Below are positions 1 through 13,515 of a DNA stretch of 64,000 bases, one piece after another. Source of the DNA: Eledone cirrhosa. Its lineage: Eukaryota. The DNA is taken from positions 1,984,001-2,048,000 of the forward strand of contig OZ024746.1 of the NCBI GenBank assembly GCA_964016885.1. Direction: 5' to 3'. Position numbers and translations under genes: made by a program. Position 1 is the first letter of the stretch, and each line of letters starts with the position of its first letter. A model generated the notes under the pieces. The model made no database searches. It saw nothing but the letters and a program-made list of their open reading frames with translations, and was not told the origin of the DNA.

Positions 1-164
1 ATTTATCTCAATACTGAGTCAAATTCTTGACATCTCCAGTTAATATTGCTTCCAACTATTTCTCGTCTCATAACAAATGTCAACATTACATTAAATTCTG
101 AAATCAAGATATTATTTGCTAAACTACAACCTAGTACCAAACAAAGATATAACAACCTCCCTGG

Positions 165-260
165 TGATAATTGTTTCTACTTTTGGCACAAGGCCAGCAA
201 TTACCCAGTGCATTACTGGTACTTTATTTTATCGACCCTGTGAGGATGAAAGGCAATGGT
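165..260 (-). mobile_element. tRNA-derived SINE (octopus OR-like), 3' fragment
   Basis: Near-identical to the copies at 13516-13697 and 39701-39887 (ttgtttctact..ggcacaaggccagcaattacccagtgcattactggtactttattttatcgaccc). Confidence 0.75.
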
Positions 261-479
261 AATAATATCATAAAATGCACCCAGTAAACTCTGTAAAGTA
301 CAAAATTATATGTAATATACAACCCTTAACCCATCTAATTAAATATTGACTTACCAACCACCTAACCCTTGCTAGCAAGGAAAACGGTTATTAAATGATA
401 ATAAACATATACATATATATATGAATGTGTATTTAAAAGTGTGTGTGTTGATTTAGCAAAGTAATGCAGATAAGGAAAC

Positions 480-1110
480 AAAGCCATGAACTGAAAGGCC
501 TTAAAGTAAACTTAGCAAAAAGCAGAGTCTTAGTAAGTAGGAAAATAGGCAGGATCATGCTACCAACTAGAAAATGGCCATGTTTAATTTGCAGATAAAG
601 TCATCATCATCATCGTTTAACGTCCGTGTTCCACGCTTGCATGGGTTTGGACGGGAGTTTTCCCACTTGAGGCAAGAGTGGTTGTCTTGCTCGCATAGGA
701 CTGTCTGGCGGGTTTTCTACAGTTGGATGCCCTTCCTAACACCAACCACATTTACAGTGTGGGGCTGGGAGGTTTTTACCGTGTTGCCTACACGGCCACA
801 TTACAGCGTGGACTGTCTGGCAGGTTTTCTACAGCTGGATGCCCTTCCTAACACCAACCACATTTACAGTGTGGGACTGGGAGGTTTTTACCGTGTTGCC
901 TACACGGCCACATTACAGCGTGGACTGTGTTTTTTTTTTTTGTCGTGACACCTACACGATCTCATTTGTTTCGGCCTGGATTTTGTGGCACCAACAAAAG
1001 TGTATATAGAAACTCTATACAATGCATTCAATGTAAACTTGAAGTGCCCAAGAGATATGGTGGTGTCACAGACAGGCTAACAGAGAAAAGAAGATCTTGT
1101 GTGGCATGGG
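480..1110 (+). mobile_element. Degenerate RTE-clade LINE fragment, interrupted by an insertion at 601-995
   Basis: Translates ELKGLKVNLAKSRVLV...KWPCLICR before the insertion and RNSIQCIQCK...KRYGGVTDRLTEK after it. This is the same region as the better-preserved copy at 56931-57750. Confidence 0.7.
601..995 (-). mobile_element. Short retroposon (SINE-like or LINE 3'UTR) with (GAT)n tail and internal ~110-bp duplication
   Basis: Reverse complement of 6488-6735 and 58699-58953. The segment ggactgtctggc...cattacagcgt is present twice. Confidence 0.8.
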
Positions 1111-1243
1111 GGTAAGAGCATCAATGAAATAAACTCTTTCCAAACCTGGGAAGATTACCAGTTTAGAGGATCTAATGCCTTAATCCCCACAGCTATAGTG
1201 CTTCATATAAAAAAGCACAGATCCATCACCAGTTGAAATTTAT

Positions 1244-1449
1244 TTAACCCTTTATCATTTACATTACTCTATATTTACTATTGTATTTTCACAGTAAAGG
1301 CTTTACTTCACATAATTATCTCACATAATATCGAAGCTATGAGATTTTGATGTCATTTATTTTGAGAACAATACTTCAACACCAGTTTGAACAGAAAGAG
1401 GTGAGAGAATTCTGGCCAGGTACGGCTGGTTTAAATGCTAAAGGGTTAA
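1244..1449. mobile_element. TTAA-flanked MITE (piggyBac-like), family A
   Basis: TTAA CCCTTTATCATTTA ... TAAATGCTAAAGGG TTAA. Five copies in the window. Confidence 0.85.
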
Positions 1450-3186
1450 ATATAGTTTAGTAAGAAGCCATCTCCTATGTAATTAAAAACAAAAAATGTC
1501 TGTTCTCAAAACCATCCAACTTTCTATGCTTGGCTTTCAAAACAGCTGTAAAATTATTCCTTCGCCACGTGATACATGTTATTTATAATTGTTTTCTTGA
1601 ATTCATTTATAAATATATATTCTCTTCTCAACAGAAAGAGGAAACTTTTTAGGTAAGCAGCAATAAATAACCGAAGTGAATCCAACAATATGAACCTATT
1701 CTAACAAACACATATTCTATCATCAACCAGTTACAGCAAGACCCCTTTTTCTTTTCGTATGTTGAAATGAGGTAAAGCTATTGCTAGTGTCATGATAAAA
1801 TATACCCAACATACTCTGTAAAGCAGAGGTGCTGGGCCACGATAAAAAGTTCCCAATACATGCTTTAAAGTGACTAGTGTTAGGAAGGATACCACCTGTA
1901 GAAACCAAACTAAAATGGAACATATGTGCAGGACGTGGTTACCTGACTGGTCTACCCTCTGAACATTACAGCTTATCTAACTCATGCAAGCATGGAAAAC
2001 AGATGTTAAACTGTGGTGATAATGATGATGATGACTTCTGTCTAAAACCGAGGTACCAGAGACATCTATGCTGAGAAATATAATGAACTTTAGTTTTATA
2101 AATTCAGAAGTATACAACTGAAATGTTTTTCAGAGACTTCATCGGTGGTTTAAAATTTCATCCATAAGATTCTTCACTCCTGAGGTATCAACATTAGACT
2201 GCTTAGACTTTCATATTCAGTTAGTTGATAGAGAGAACTGACAACTCATTTGCAAAGTTTAAAAGAAAAGTTCTCTGCAGAATTAAATATTTGGCATAAT
2301 TATATTCAAAGACCAGTCTCCAATGGTCCAACAGTATTACTATTGATAATACCATATTTCCAACATCAATTCTAAAACCAAAACCAAATGCCCCAGCAAG
2401 GTAGAATACATTTATAAGCATAAAGTCATTAGAAATTAATGTTTCCTATCAGATTTAATAACAAACTTTGGAATAACTAGTGCAACATTGATAGCCAAGC
2501 TGATCATAACAATAACGACATTGGTTTGATATGCTAGACAAAGCTTATTAAAGCAGATTTCTTTCTCCCAACAAATTAGGAATAGAAATGAAAATGTACG
2601 TCTTGTCAACATCAGATTCTATTACAAAACGAAATGATAATTGACTCTATACAGAATTTGAAACTTGAATCCCATGGATCTGTGCCATAAAATATCTAGT
2701 TTGATACACACATACACATTTATATGTAACTAAAAATTTGTAGGCATAACATGTTTAAATGTCATAAATTATAAAACTATAATTTACAACTGTACTTCAG
2801 AAAAGGGACTATTTCATAACAGATTAAGTGCAAGTGATAGCACCTAAAATTACTTTATGTCAAGCTAATAAATAACAGGTGATGAGGAATAGATTTATTC
2901 AGTCAATGTTTTGTTTTTAATCCCTTTTATTTCTAAAACCTATAAATCTAGTAATATCTTATTTTGTACTTCAATTTTAATTGATTGTTTGTGGCAAGAA
3001 AAGCTTTACTCTCTTAAATCAAGCATCCACTTGACTAAATATTTACAGTTTGATTTTTACAAATATTTCGCACAACTGATTAAAGTCAATATTATTCAAA
3101 CACTGACTTTCACTAGACTATGATCAGCAAACATTAAAATTAAATGTAACATAAAAATATTGTCTAAGTCAAACAAAGGTGGAAAT

Positions 3187-3414
3187 TTAACCCTTTAGCA
3201 TTTAAACCAGCCGTACCCGGCCAGAAATCTCTCACCTCTTTCTGTTCAAATTGGCCGTAACTGGCTGTTCATACTGATATCAAGGTATTGTTCTCAAATA
3301 AATTACATCAAAATCTTGTAGATTCGATATTATGTGAGATAAATATGTAAGATAAAGTCTTTACCACAAAAATACATTAGTAAATATAAAGTAATGTAAA
3401 TGCTAAAGTGTTAA
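3187..3414. mobile_element. TTAA-flanked MITE, family A
   Basis: TTAA CCCTTTAGCATTTA ... TAAATGCTAAAGTG TTAA. Opposite orientation to 1244-1449. Confidence 0.85.
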
Positions 3415-4595
3415 AGTAATTCATAAAAAATGTCCATGTTTCAGACTTTACACAAAATGATTATTAAAGCATAAAATAAATGTTGCATACATTTATCCCT
3501 TATGACTATATTTCTATGTTTTACAATCAATTTTGAAAATAGCCATGCATTTGGGAGTATTTTGTAAAATAATTAACTTTTTACTAATAAAACTGGTATT
3601 ATTAACATAAAATGATAATGGAATGTTTTGTTTTAAATATGTACCATGGTGATTGGTATCAAAAACGTTAAACATGAATATATTTAAAGTAAATAGAAAA
3701 TGAACATTTTATATATTTTCTTCTAATGCAATATAAAATAGATTCCAATATTATTTATGAAAAAAAAAGGAAGTAAAAGAAAATGAGAGAGAGAAAGACA
3801 CAAAGTAAAATATCCAACGTCTAGTCTAGTAAAATATACACTGAAAGATTTTCAGGGAAATATAATAAACAGAATAGGTTTTATACAAACGATGATATTG
3901 TTAGTGTAATTATAAAATTATATGCATTGAATATGAGCTTCTTGGGGGGGGGGGGGGGGGGGGGGGGGGTCACTTAATCTCTGAGATATCGTAACCCTAT
4001 CTCCTTCAAAACACACCCTGTCATCTATAAAGAGTAAAAGGACACTAGATACACTATGTCTAAACATAAGACAGAACCATCAGAGCTGGTATGCTTTGAT
4101 CATAGGTCCACCAGGTCAGAGATGACTGCAAGCTAAACAACAAACTATTGTATTAGGTCTCTAAGTAAGATTCATAACTACATACCTAGATAACAAGTTA
4201 TTTATTTGCAGTTGAGTGGTTAACAATAGTAAGAATATCAAGCCATAAAACCGACTGTTCAAACAGAAATGGCTTTTCAAAAGCCATTTCACTTATAACA
4301 TGAAAGAAAAATCTTTTTTATGTTTTTTCTATCTACTTCACTGAAACGTGTTTGATTTTGATAAAGAAAAATCATATTCTGAATTAAAATCTGTCTTTTT
4401 TACTCTAGTTTTTGTATTAAACGTTGTGTTTTATAAATTTTAGGGCTTTGGCCCACCAACTAATATTTACAATTTACATCGTCACTGATATTTTTCTATT
4501 TCACAGATAGTGTTCAATTTAGCATCTGAAGATAGTTTGTTGTTGAGGTCTAACATAACCCTTTTATGGGTAAGTGTCTAAAGACTACATTCACT

Positions 4596-4629
<34 letters not shown>

Positions 4630-5468
4630 GAGAGAGATATTTGCCTACTACTTGCAGAGTGTCGAACGACTGCGCACAGGCTCCCAGATTGGTTACAAGC
4701 AGCCAGGCAATTCATACTGACGAATACTTCATTAGCTTTCTAATGGTCTTCGTGTGAAGGGAGATAACTTCACATATTAGTCAGAGTTATTTCCTCTTAG
4801 ACTAACTACTCATAAAGATTAATGTTTTTTTTTTCTTGCACATTAAAGGTTCGTTGACTTTGAGCTTAACCCACTTCGTTGGTGTTAAACGACTGGGAGT
4901 ACAAGACTTCTTGGACGAAATGCTCGCCAATCGAGGGGTTGGCCCCCAGCTCATTACTTTCAGCTGAGATGACCAGGGCAACATGAATATCAGGTATATC
5001 ATATACTGGTAGAGTTAAAGCTAAATAGTGAGTTTCTATTCATAACAATTTCACATACTCCAGTGCATATATGCAATAAAATCTCTTTCTGATTCAACCC
5101 AAATCTATTATTTCCAATTTCCAGCATTGGTTGGATAGATCTGTTAATTTAGACATTTTCAAGAATTACTGACATACTTCTTAAGCAAACTTTCAATTTA
5201 GAAAGTCTTAAAATAAAAAGACTGACAGTTTGTGAATAGGGAAATGTGTTAAGTTTGTGGGTACAAATAACTGTTAGCAACAAGTGGAACATCTAACCGC
5301 AAGACCAACGTTGCTGTCTCTGCTCTAACTTTAATTCTATAAGTCAATGAGATGTAACAGTTGATAAATAAGTGGTCTGCAATAGAATCTTGTGAACCTG
5401 ATAAAAAAAATGTATACTCAATATGTGAAAAATGCCATGGATCATTGGATTTCAAGATGTATCATTAA

Positions 5469-5535
5469 CCTTACCCAAAAAATCTTCAGAAATATTTGAC
5501 TTACCTGAAAAATAAAATAAAAAAGTAGTTAGAAA
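5469..5535 (-). promoter_or_regulatory. Candidate recursive splice site (ratchet point) with 30-nt RS-exon
   Basis: Minus strand reads CTAAC (5532-5528), then tactttttTATTTTATTTTT, then CAG|GTAAGTC (junction 5505|5504). A second donor TGG|GTAAGG lies at 5475|5474. Confidence 0.65.
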
Positions 5536-5637
5536 AAATAAAGTACAAATCACAAATTAGTAGAAAATGAATTCATTTATAAAGAAAAAGGAAAATAATT
5601 ATAAACTAGGAAATCATTCAATACAATTAAAATCAAA

Positions 5638-5833
5638 TTGCTTGCTATTGTATCTTCCGCAAAGGAGTTGCATTAGGTTGCTTGCTATTGTATCTTCCTC
5701 AAAGGAGTTGCATTAGGTTGCTTGCTATTGTATCTTCCTCAAAGGAGTTTCATTAGGTTGCTTGCTATTGTATCTTCCTCAAAGGAGTTGCATTAGGTTG
5801 CTTGCTATTGTATCTTCCTCAAAGGAGTTGCAT
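5638..5833. repeat. 40-bp minisatellite, ~5 copies
   Basis: Unit ttgcttgctattgtatcttcctcaaaggagttgcattagg. Confidence 0.95.
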
Positions 5834-6289
5834 CAAAACAGAGATTTAGTTAAAACAATTTTTCCAAACAAATATGAATACCTGGTTAAATTTGTTTCTA
5901 AAAGTGATTATGATTTCTTCATTGATGTGTGATAATATGTAGTATGAGGAAAGTTAGGGGATTCTTTGCCAAGGGGTTGCTGTAGCTAGATATCTGAAGC
6001 AAAATGTGATGTCTTTGGTTTAATGAGGTATACATGTGTTGGTGGGGATTATTGTGAAATGTTATCACCTCTTTTGTTATCTGTAGTATTTGAAAACCAG
6101 GTGTTAAGTGTATTGAAGTTCATCGTCTCCAATAATAGAGTTTTTGAGTGTTTAACTGGTGTGTATAGATATATATTCCCGTCCCACCCTTGCAAGCAGG
6201 GAAAAGCGGACGTAACATGATGATGATGATGATGATATATACACATACACGTGTGTGTATATATATATATATATACACACGACTTGATA

Positions 6290-6735
6290 AATTCCGACCT
6301 CACACACTTACACCTCTCCAAGACAATGTCACTGGACCGAGATCGTTGGCGCTACACAGTAATACAGAAGACCCGCCTTGCCTAAGTACAAAGCAAAACC
6401 TAGTCAGTAGGCACCTCTTAACAAAAATACACCCCCGTCCCACTACCCCACCCCCATCTACACCACCCCTTTCGATGTAAAGTTATGTTGGTACCACAAC
6501 ATCCAGTCCTAAACAAATGAAGTCGTGTAGGTGTCATGACAAAAAAACACAGTCCACGCTGTAATGTGGCCATGTAGGTAACACGGTAAAAACCTCCCAG
6601 TCCACACTGTAAACGTGGTTGGTTAGGAAGGGCATCCAGCTGTAGAAAACCCGCCAGATAGTCCTATACGAGCAAGACAACCAATCCAAACCCATGCTAG
6701 CGTGGATGATGGACGTTAAACGATGATGATGATGA
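6290..6735 (+). mobile_element. RTE LINE 3' end (ORF2 C-terminus plus downstream tail)
   Basis: DLTHLHLSKTMSLDRDRWRYTVIQKTRLA* followed by the 601-995 family sequence and a (GAT)n tail. Confidence 0.65.
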
Positions 6736-9699
6736 TACATACACACACACACACACACGTGTGTGTGTATGTATATATATATATATACATACACACACAC
6801 ACACACATATATATAAACACACACACACACACACACATACATACATATACACATATATATATATATAAGGGGAAATGCTGCATGTATTGCACTGCAGAAG
6901 TTTTTTTTTTTCGTTTTTGCTATATATATTTTTTGTATATGTTATGATTACAAAGTCTATTTTTGTGCCTGAAACTTATTTTTAACTGTAGACCTGTAAC
7001 AAATCTGTGACAAACCTGTAACAAACCTGTAACTCTGTGACATTGAGAAGGGAGATAAGAGTAGTTCCTATTTTCATAGCTGTTGCAAACAGAGTTATTC
7101 TGTAAACTTGTCTATTTTTCTGAATTATTTTATAAATGTTGTTTGGAGTATTATAAAGACTTTGTAAGACAGCTTTGTAAAAAATGTTAGGCCCTTTTTA
7201 ATGCAGAGTTGTAGCTTTTATTGTTTTCAGATGGTATTTGCCTATGCTAAAAAAATATTTCTGTGCCTTGAAAATGTATTATTCAACTAGTATTCTAGCT
7301 TTGAACATTGTATTCAGTATTAGTTTATTCTGTATATATAACCATTTTTTTAAAATGATTGGGCAGTATGTTCCAGGTTCCAATTGTCAAGGTTTACTCC
7401 CTTCCAGACCCACTTTGTAAGCCTTGAGATATGCAATTTTTGTGCATCCCAGGACAAGTCACAGGCCCATCACCAGCTTTTGCTGCATGAAATGGAGACT
7501 GCAATATATTTTTCAAACACATCTCTCTATTTAAGGCCTAAACCCTTGTTAATCCGCATGAAGCATGATGTGGAATGGTTCTTTTTTGTTCCTCTCACCA
7601 TATTGCAGTTGCAGTTTCGGTGATCTTATTTGCACCAGCCACAAATCTGGTACTTTCTCAGGGACCGAGAACAACCAAGGTCTTGACGGTGACCAGTGTG
7701 GAAAAGAAGCGGTCAGTTAAGTCCTAGTTTTTAATTATAATTAATTACTAAATAATAGACTTTTGTCTGATGCTCTAACAATTCAACCAATTCATCTCCT
7801 TACAATAAAATTGCCAGGATAAGGGGGGGGGGGAGACTTTGGTAAGTAGATTTAGATAACATTACTTTTAGTTTAGTACTTTTAAGTGACCTTGCAGATA
7901 AAATCATAACTGTTAGTCTACGAGTTCATATTTTTTAAACAACACTACAAACTGTTAAGTAAATACAATGAACTAAAAATATATAGCATAAATGACATCA
8001 TTTCAGAAGAATGCTACAACAATACTTTGCATTTAAGTGTTCTCTTTTGATTAATTTCAAACAATCTAACTACATCTCCAGTTATGCCAAATGCTCCAAT
8101 TCTATCAATTTAAGAACTTAAAGAATCTCTCACTTTAAAAAATACATTTTTGCTGTTTTGTATCACATTTATCCTATGTTCTGACTATACTGTTTCTACA
8201 CAGATTTTACACAATTATATTGAAACAATTTCTATTAATATGTATTATATGATGTGAGAGCTGACCTCAAATCACAGACTCACAGAGGTGATGACAAAGG
8301 ATTGCGACGTGTGGTGAGATGTCGGGCTGAGAAGGACCCATCCAACCCATGCAAGCATGGAAATAAAAGTGATGATGATCATCATCATTTTTTTAATGAC
8401 AAGATTTCACACTAGCGTAGACAAAAGAAATAAAAACAAATAAAAACAAAAGAAATAAAATGTTGTGAACTAAAATTGTTACAATGTTTTATTTTTTGAT
8501 AAAACAAGTTTATATAACCTAACAAAAATACTGCGGTAATTATGAATCTTGTTAGAATGCTCATGTTAGAGATCTTGATAAAAATGGTTCTCATAGTCAT
8601 TTAATTTATAACATTTTTTCATGTTACAAATACCATTTTAGTAAATCTTTAATTAATTAAAATACAAAGTATCTCATTATAAATACTGTAATGAAAGGGT
8701 TAAAACCTTCTTTGCAGGACCAGAATCTACTTCGATGGTAGTATGCACCTATCAAGGATGAAACAAATGCTACACATTTCTAAAGTACATCAAAATAAAA
8801 ACCTATCTAACTGAGTGTTCTCACTCTCAAAACTGTCTAAACACTTTACCCAACAGAATTGCAAATCTCAACAACTCCCTCTTTATCTATGTTTTCATTA
8901 GAAATTCAAGCTATTGCCCACAACTAACCAGTCTTTGCTGTAAAATTCATGATTGTTGTTCCTCTTCAGACTAAAATGTTAAAAATATAGATAAGATTTC
9001 ATGAAAAGAACTAAGATCTCTCATGTGCCAGAATCACTGGTGTAACAAATACCAAACACCATCAGGTCTCAGAATTATTGTATGGTTTCTTTAGAAGTAA
9101 TTGATATGGTCTCTAAGCCCCACAGATCATTTTGGGAGTGGCACTAAAGTTTGAAGTGAGGGAATAAAATTCAATATTTTTGTGAAAAATAAAAACGTCA
9201 GATTGTAATATTAGAAGTTTCAGTCTGTACAGTAGTGAAACAGATAGAAAAGTCAAAAGACATTCAACAATTAGAAAATAAAAGCAAGCTAAGTAAGATT
9301 CATTTGATGTGTAATACCATCTTGAGAATAAAGTGAAGTCCAAATATTGGGAAATGTATGCAATAGATACATTGTACCAATACAGACACATGTAAATAGA
9401 TGAATGATGTATGTTAGATGAAAAGTAGATGAGGTAGAAATTGATCAAGTAAAGGAAGAGAAGGTTGTTAAAATAGATTTTACTAGGATATATTTTACAC
9501 AGGAGATAAACATGTACTAAATACTATATATTTCAAACCCACAACTCAGTGACATTAAGTTGATGATAACAATAATAATAATTTTATTCATGCTGATAAA
9601 AATAACTTTTTTGTTTTGTTTTGTCTTTAACAATGAGAAAAGTGAACAATTAAATTTTCATTAAAAAAAAACCTAATCTAACTACCTTTTAACTCATGG

Positions 9700-10190
9700 A
9701 CAACATCCAATTAAAGTCTTCAAACTCACAATAAATGCTAGGTCTCGTAATTTCTCATGGTGACCTCATATATATTATATATAAGTCTGCTACAGTCCTC
9801 TTCAGAGCCAAAAGGTACTTCAGTTATGATCAGTTGCTGACCCTCAGCGAGGTCAAGTGCAACATAGAGTACTTTTCACATGTCAGAAATAGTGCTACTG
9901 TTAAACACACACAAACATTGTCTTACAGACATGCTGTTCTATCTCTCTGTTGCTTTTATTGCTACTACAACTGCTTCTGTTTCTTTAAAGCAGCAAACAA
10001 CATAACATTTCCAACACATCCAACACAACTGCCTCATCATTCAGATTGTCTCCCATTGATCTTTTCTCTATGGTAATAACCTTCAGAAACTCAAGTTAAA
10101 TTCAACAAATTCTTGGATCTCATTCCTCATAGTCTAACTTGTTGAGTGCTGCTCTTCCTTTCCTGATTAATTACTTTCAAATATACTACT
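9700..10190 (+). mobile_element. Highly degenerate CR1/L2/Jockey-group LINE 3' fragment
   Basis: KSATVLFRAKRYFSYDQLLTL...IEYFSHVR...LSYRHAVLSLCCFYCYY resembles the post-RT region of such elements. Confidence 0.5.
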
Positions 10191-10404
10191 GATAGTACAT
10201 TTTATGTCAACATTCAGTGTTCTACAAATAACTGTTAAAGAACAAACAAACTTAAAGATACTGTGCTATAATTGTCTAAGACTGAGAAACCTTTCATTAC
10301 ATCTTTTATTTTACAACTGACTAAGTTTAATAACACTCCTGACACAGAAAGTTTAATAACACTCACTTTTTAGGGAAACAAAAGACATTCTAATGATATT
10401 CTTA

Positions 10405-10540
10405 TCCTGCTGAGGTTAACTTTGCCTTTCATCCTTACAGGGTCAATAAAATAAAGTACCAGTAATGTACTGGGGTCGATTTAATCAACTTTCCCCTCCC
10501 AAAAAATTGTTGGCGTTGTGCCTAAATCAGAAACCAATAT
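10405..10540 (+). mobile_element. OR-like SINE fragment
   Basis: gaggttaactttgcctttcatcc...aaaataaagtaccagtaatg...gtgcctaaatcagaaacc. Confidence 0.7.
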
Positions 10541-10838
10541 TTATAATTGTTAGTCCATCAATATTTATTTAAATATTCAAATTCATTTTTTTTTTCAATA
10601 AATAATTATTTTTAAGGTATTAACAGATAATTATCTAAACCAGTCATGAACTGTGGCTCATTAGGTTTTCTGAATGGTATTCCTAAATAAAAATTACCAT
10701 GAATTATTTTACTATAGTGATGTATCTCATGTGACCCACTGATAGAAAAAAGTTGACTATGCCTGGTTTAAACAAGTCATTTTAAAAACAAATTAATATA
10801 CAATTCCTAGCTTCCAAGATGTATCTTCAGCAACAATG

Positions 10839-11059
10839 TACGAGGGAGTGCTGAAAAGTTCCTGGCTTGATCGCTGCTGCAGAGGCCTGGTTGGAAGCCT
10901 AACATTCTGAGTTATTTTTACAAGGCTTAGCAAAACTGAAGGACCGCTACAATAAATGTGTGAATCTGAGAGGGGAATATGTGGAATAAAATCATAATTA
11001 ACTGATCCTCCTGTATTTTCTTTTACCCAAAGCCAGGAACTTTTCACTACCTCCTTGTA
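10839..11059 (+). mobile_element. Internally deleted mariner element (MITE-like)
   Basis: TA-flanked TIRs CGAGGGAGTGCTGAAAAGTTCCTGGCTT / AAGCCAGGAACTTTTCACTACCTCCTTG. The interior encodes the mariner C-terminus LFLQGLAKLKDRYNKCVNLRGEYVE*. Confidence 0.9.
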
Positions 11060-11269
11060 TTCTTCTGGTATGAAACAGATGAAAGATAACTACTAGGCTA
11101 TCACAGAGTATCATTCCATTTAATATGGTATCTATTTCTAACAGTTAAAGTGAGACAATGTAAATAATGTGTTCTACACAAAAAGTTAATGTCAACTTAC
11201 AACCTGTGTACATTCTCTAACTTAGTTATTTGTTCATCATATCATTAAAAAAATCCTTTAAGAGAATAT

Positions 11270-11400
11270 ACGGCTCTTTCCATTCTGAGTTCAAATCCCG
11301 CCGAGGTTGACTTTGCTTTTCATCCTTACGGGGTCGATAAAATAAAGTACCAGTAATGAACTGTGTAATTGCTGGACTTGTGCCAAAAGTAGAAACAATT
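11270..11400 (+). mobile_element. OR-like SINE
   Basis: B-box GAGTTCAAATCC followed by the family body. Confidence 0.75.
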
Positions 11401-13515
11401 ATTATGATTTAGATCAAAATTTAACAACTCATCGTCAGCAGCCTCTCGTGTTCGAGCAGAGATCATCCTCCTCTCTCTCTAAACAGGATGGTGTGAGGGA
11501 ATCAGTTGGAGTTTATTCTGGACGGCAACTCCATCTTTCACAGCCTGCTTCTCTGGTTGAAATGATATTGGCTAAATTTCTATCTCATGCATTGATCAAA
11601 ACACCTGTTCTAGCTACATTTAAGATCAAAACACCTGTTCTAGCTACATTTAAAAAATATTTTGTTTTTACTGAATACTCTAAAATCATAGATAATTAAT
11701 GAAATATTAGAATTTTTATCAGCAGAATGCCAAATTAAATGGTTCCTTTCAAATGTTTGTGCCATGATAAAATGCACCCAGTAAACTCTGTGGAGTGGCT
11801 GCCAATCAGAGAGAATAATAGAGTAGACAAGATTCTTCAATCTTACCAACTATATGACCTCTCTAGTGCTGGTAACAGGATAAACTGTACTCTATGTAAA
11901 ATGGTTGGTGTTAAGCACCCAGTGGTAGAAATCAAGCCAAATATGAAACATATGAGCAAGATGTGATGCTCTGGTTGGTCTCATATCGTAATGTCCAACC
12001 TATGCCTAATTTCAATAATAACTACACTCAACTATTTAAGCAACATTTTTACAAAGCTGTAAGTAAAACTACATTCCAATCAAATAACAGACAGGTTTAT
12101 CTTAATGTAATTTATACTTTCAAATTCCAAGAAGACTACAAAAATAAGTTTAAAAGAATACATATAAAAACAAAATACACAAGGAATTATGAATACAACC
12201 TGCCAAATCTTTACTACAGGTAAATTCAATGCCGGGGAGTATGTAAGACTACATTATCTAATGTGACTTTCCTTAGTTAAAACAGGAGGATATGATTGGA
12301 GGGAATTTTGGCTGTTATTTCTAGCAGTTCAAGTAACCACATGAAGGTTCCCATATAGTGTAGTGGTGCTGATGTATATATGTAGTAGTTGTTCCAATCC
12401 ACTCAACTGACAAAAATTTGTTATTCCTGTAATTCAAACAGCCAGCTACATTACACTGGATCTCCCTGAGAACTATGTTAAAATTTTAATGGAATGCTCA
12501 GCCACTTTCACGCTTGTTGTAAACAACAGAGGTCCAACAACATATATAGTAGTGTGTGTGTGTGTGTGTGTATGTATGTGTATGTCAGCTAGATGCCCTT
12601 CCTGGTGCCAAAGGGAGTTTCGGTCTTGAAATTATGAGGATAGACTCAGTTGATTGAAGATTTTTTTTCCACTTGCCATATTCAGAATGCAAGACTATTT
12701 GTATAGACTTCATGTAGAGCATTCCTCACAGTTATTTTCACCTCTACCCTTTGAGATATTTAATGACTTTTCTTAATCAGAGTTAGTGGATTACAATTTT
12801 TAACCAAGTCTTCTGAAGGGATAAAAGTCAAAATAAGACTCCCTCTAACTTCAGATCAAGAAGTCATAACTAATAAATAAGATTTAGTCAAATCTCTACT
12901 AAAATGTCAAATAGCTTGGGCTGAGTAAAACAAAAAACATTTTACAGTGTGCGAAAGTCAAATTTCACAGGGACTCCGAATAATATATGGAACTCAATAT
13001 ATTACTTTACAACAAAGTGGATACCACATTATCAAACCAGTTCAGATTAAGTAATGGCATATTTCAGGAAGAATCACAATCATTTTTCCTGTTCTGCAAG
13101 AACTCATCTAATGAAACAAAATAAAGAAATGAAGAGAACAATTTTTCAATCCTTTAAATACCACAGATATTTTCTAAACAAGGTATCAATAAAATATATA
13201 TCTATTTTACCTTTTGTCTGTGTTACGTATGTCCACTAAGCATCAAATTTAGGGAGGTAAATAGGGAAGCATGAGCACAAAAATAAAGGAACCAAAGATT
13301 CTAAAAAAGACATCAAAGACAGGTAAAAAATAGTAGGAACAAGCTTCAGCAATGGATGACAGCACTTCAGGCTGGTTATAGTCTGCCAAATCTCAGAGAA
13401 ACTAAAAAGCAATGTAGACACCGTCATCCTCTTTAGGCAGATCATAAAAAAAAACAAAAATACTTCCAATTTCATATCGTGTAAAATTCCTATTTATGAA
13501 GAGTCAATATGTAAT

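Noticed and set aside
3944-3969. Long G run (also 30825-30842 and the C run at 33511-33531) as G-quadruplex elements
   Set aside because: Simple homopolymers, mostly within decayed repeats; no evidence of function.
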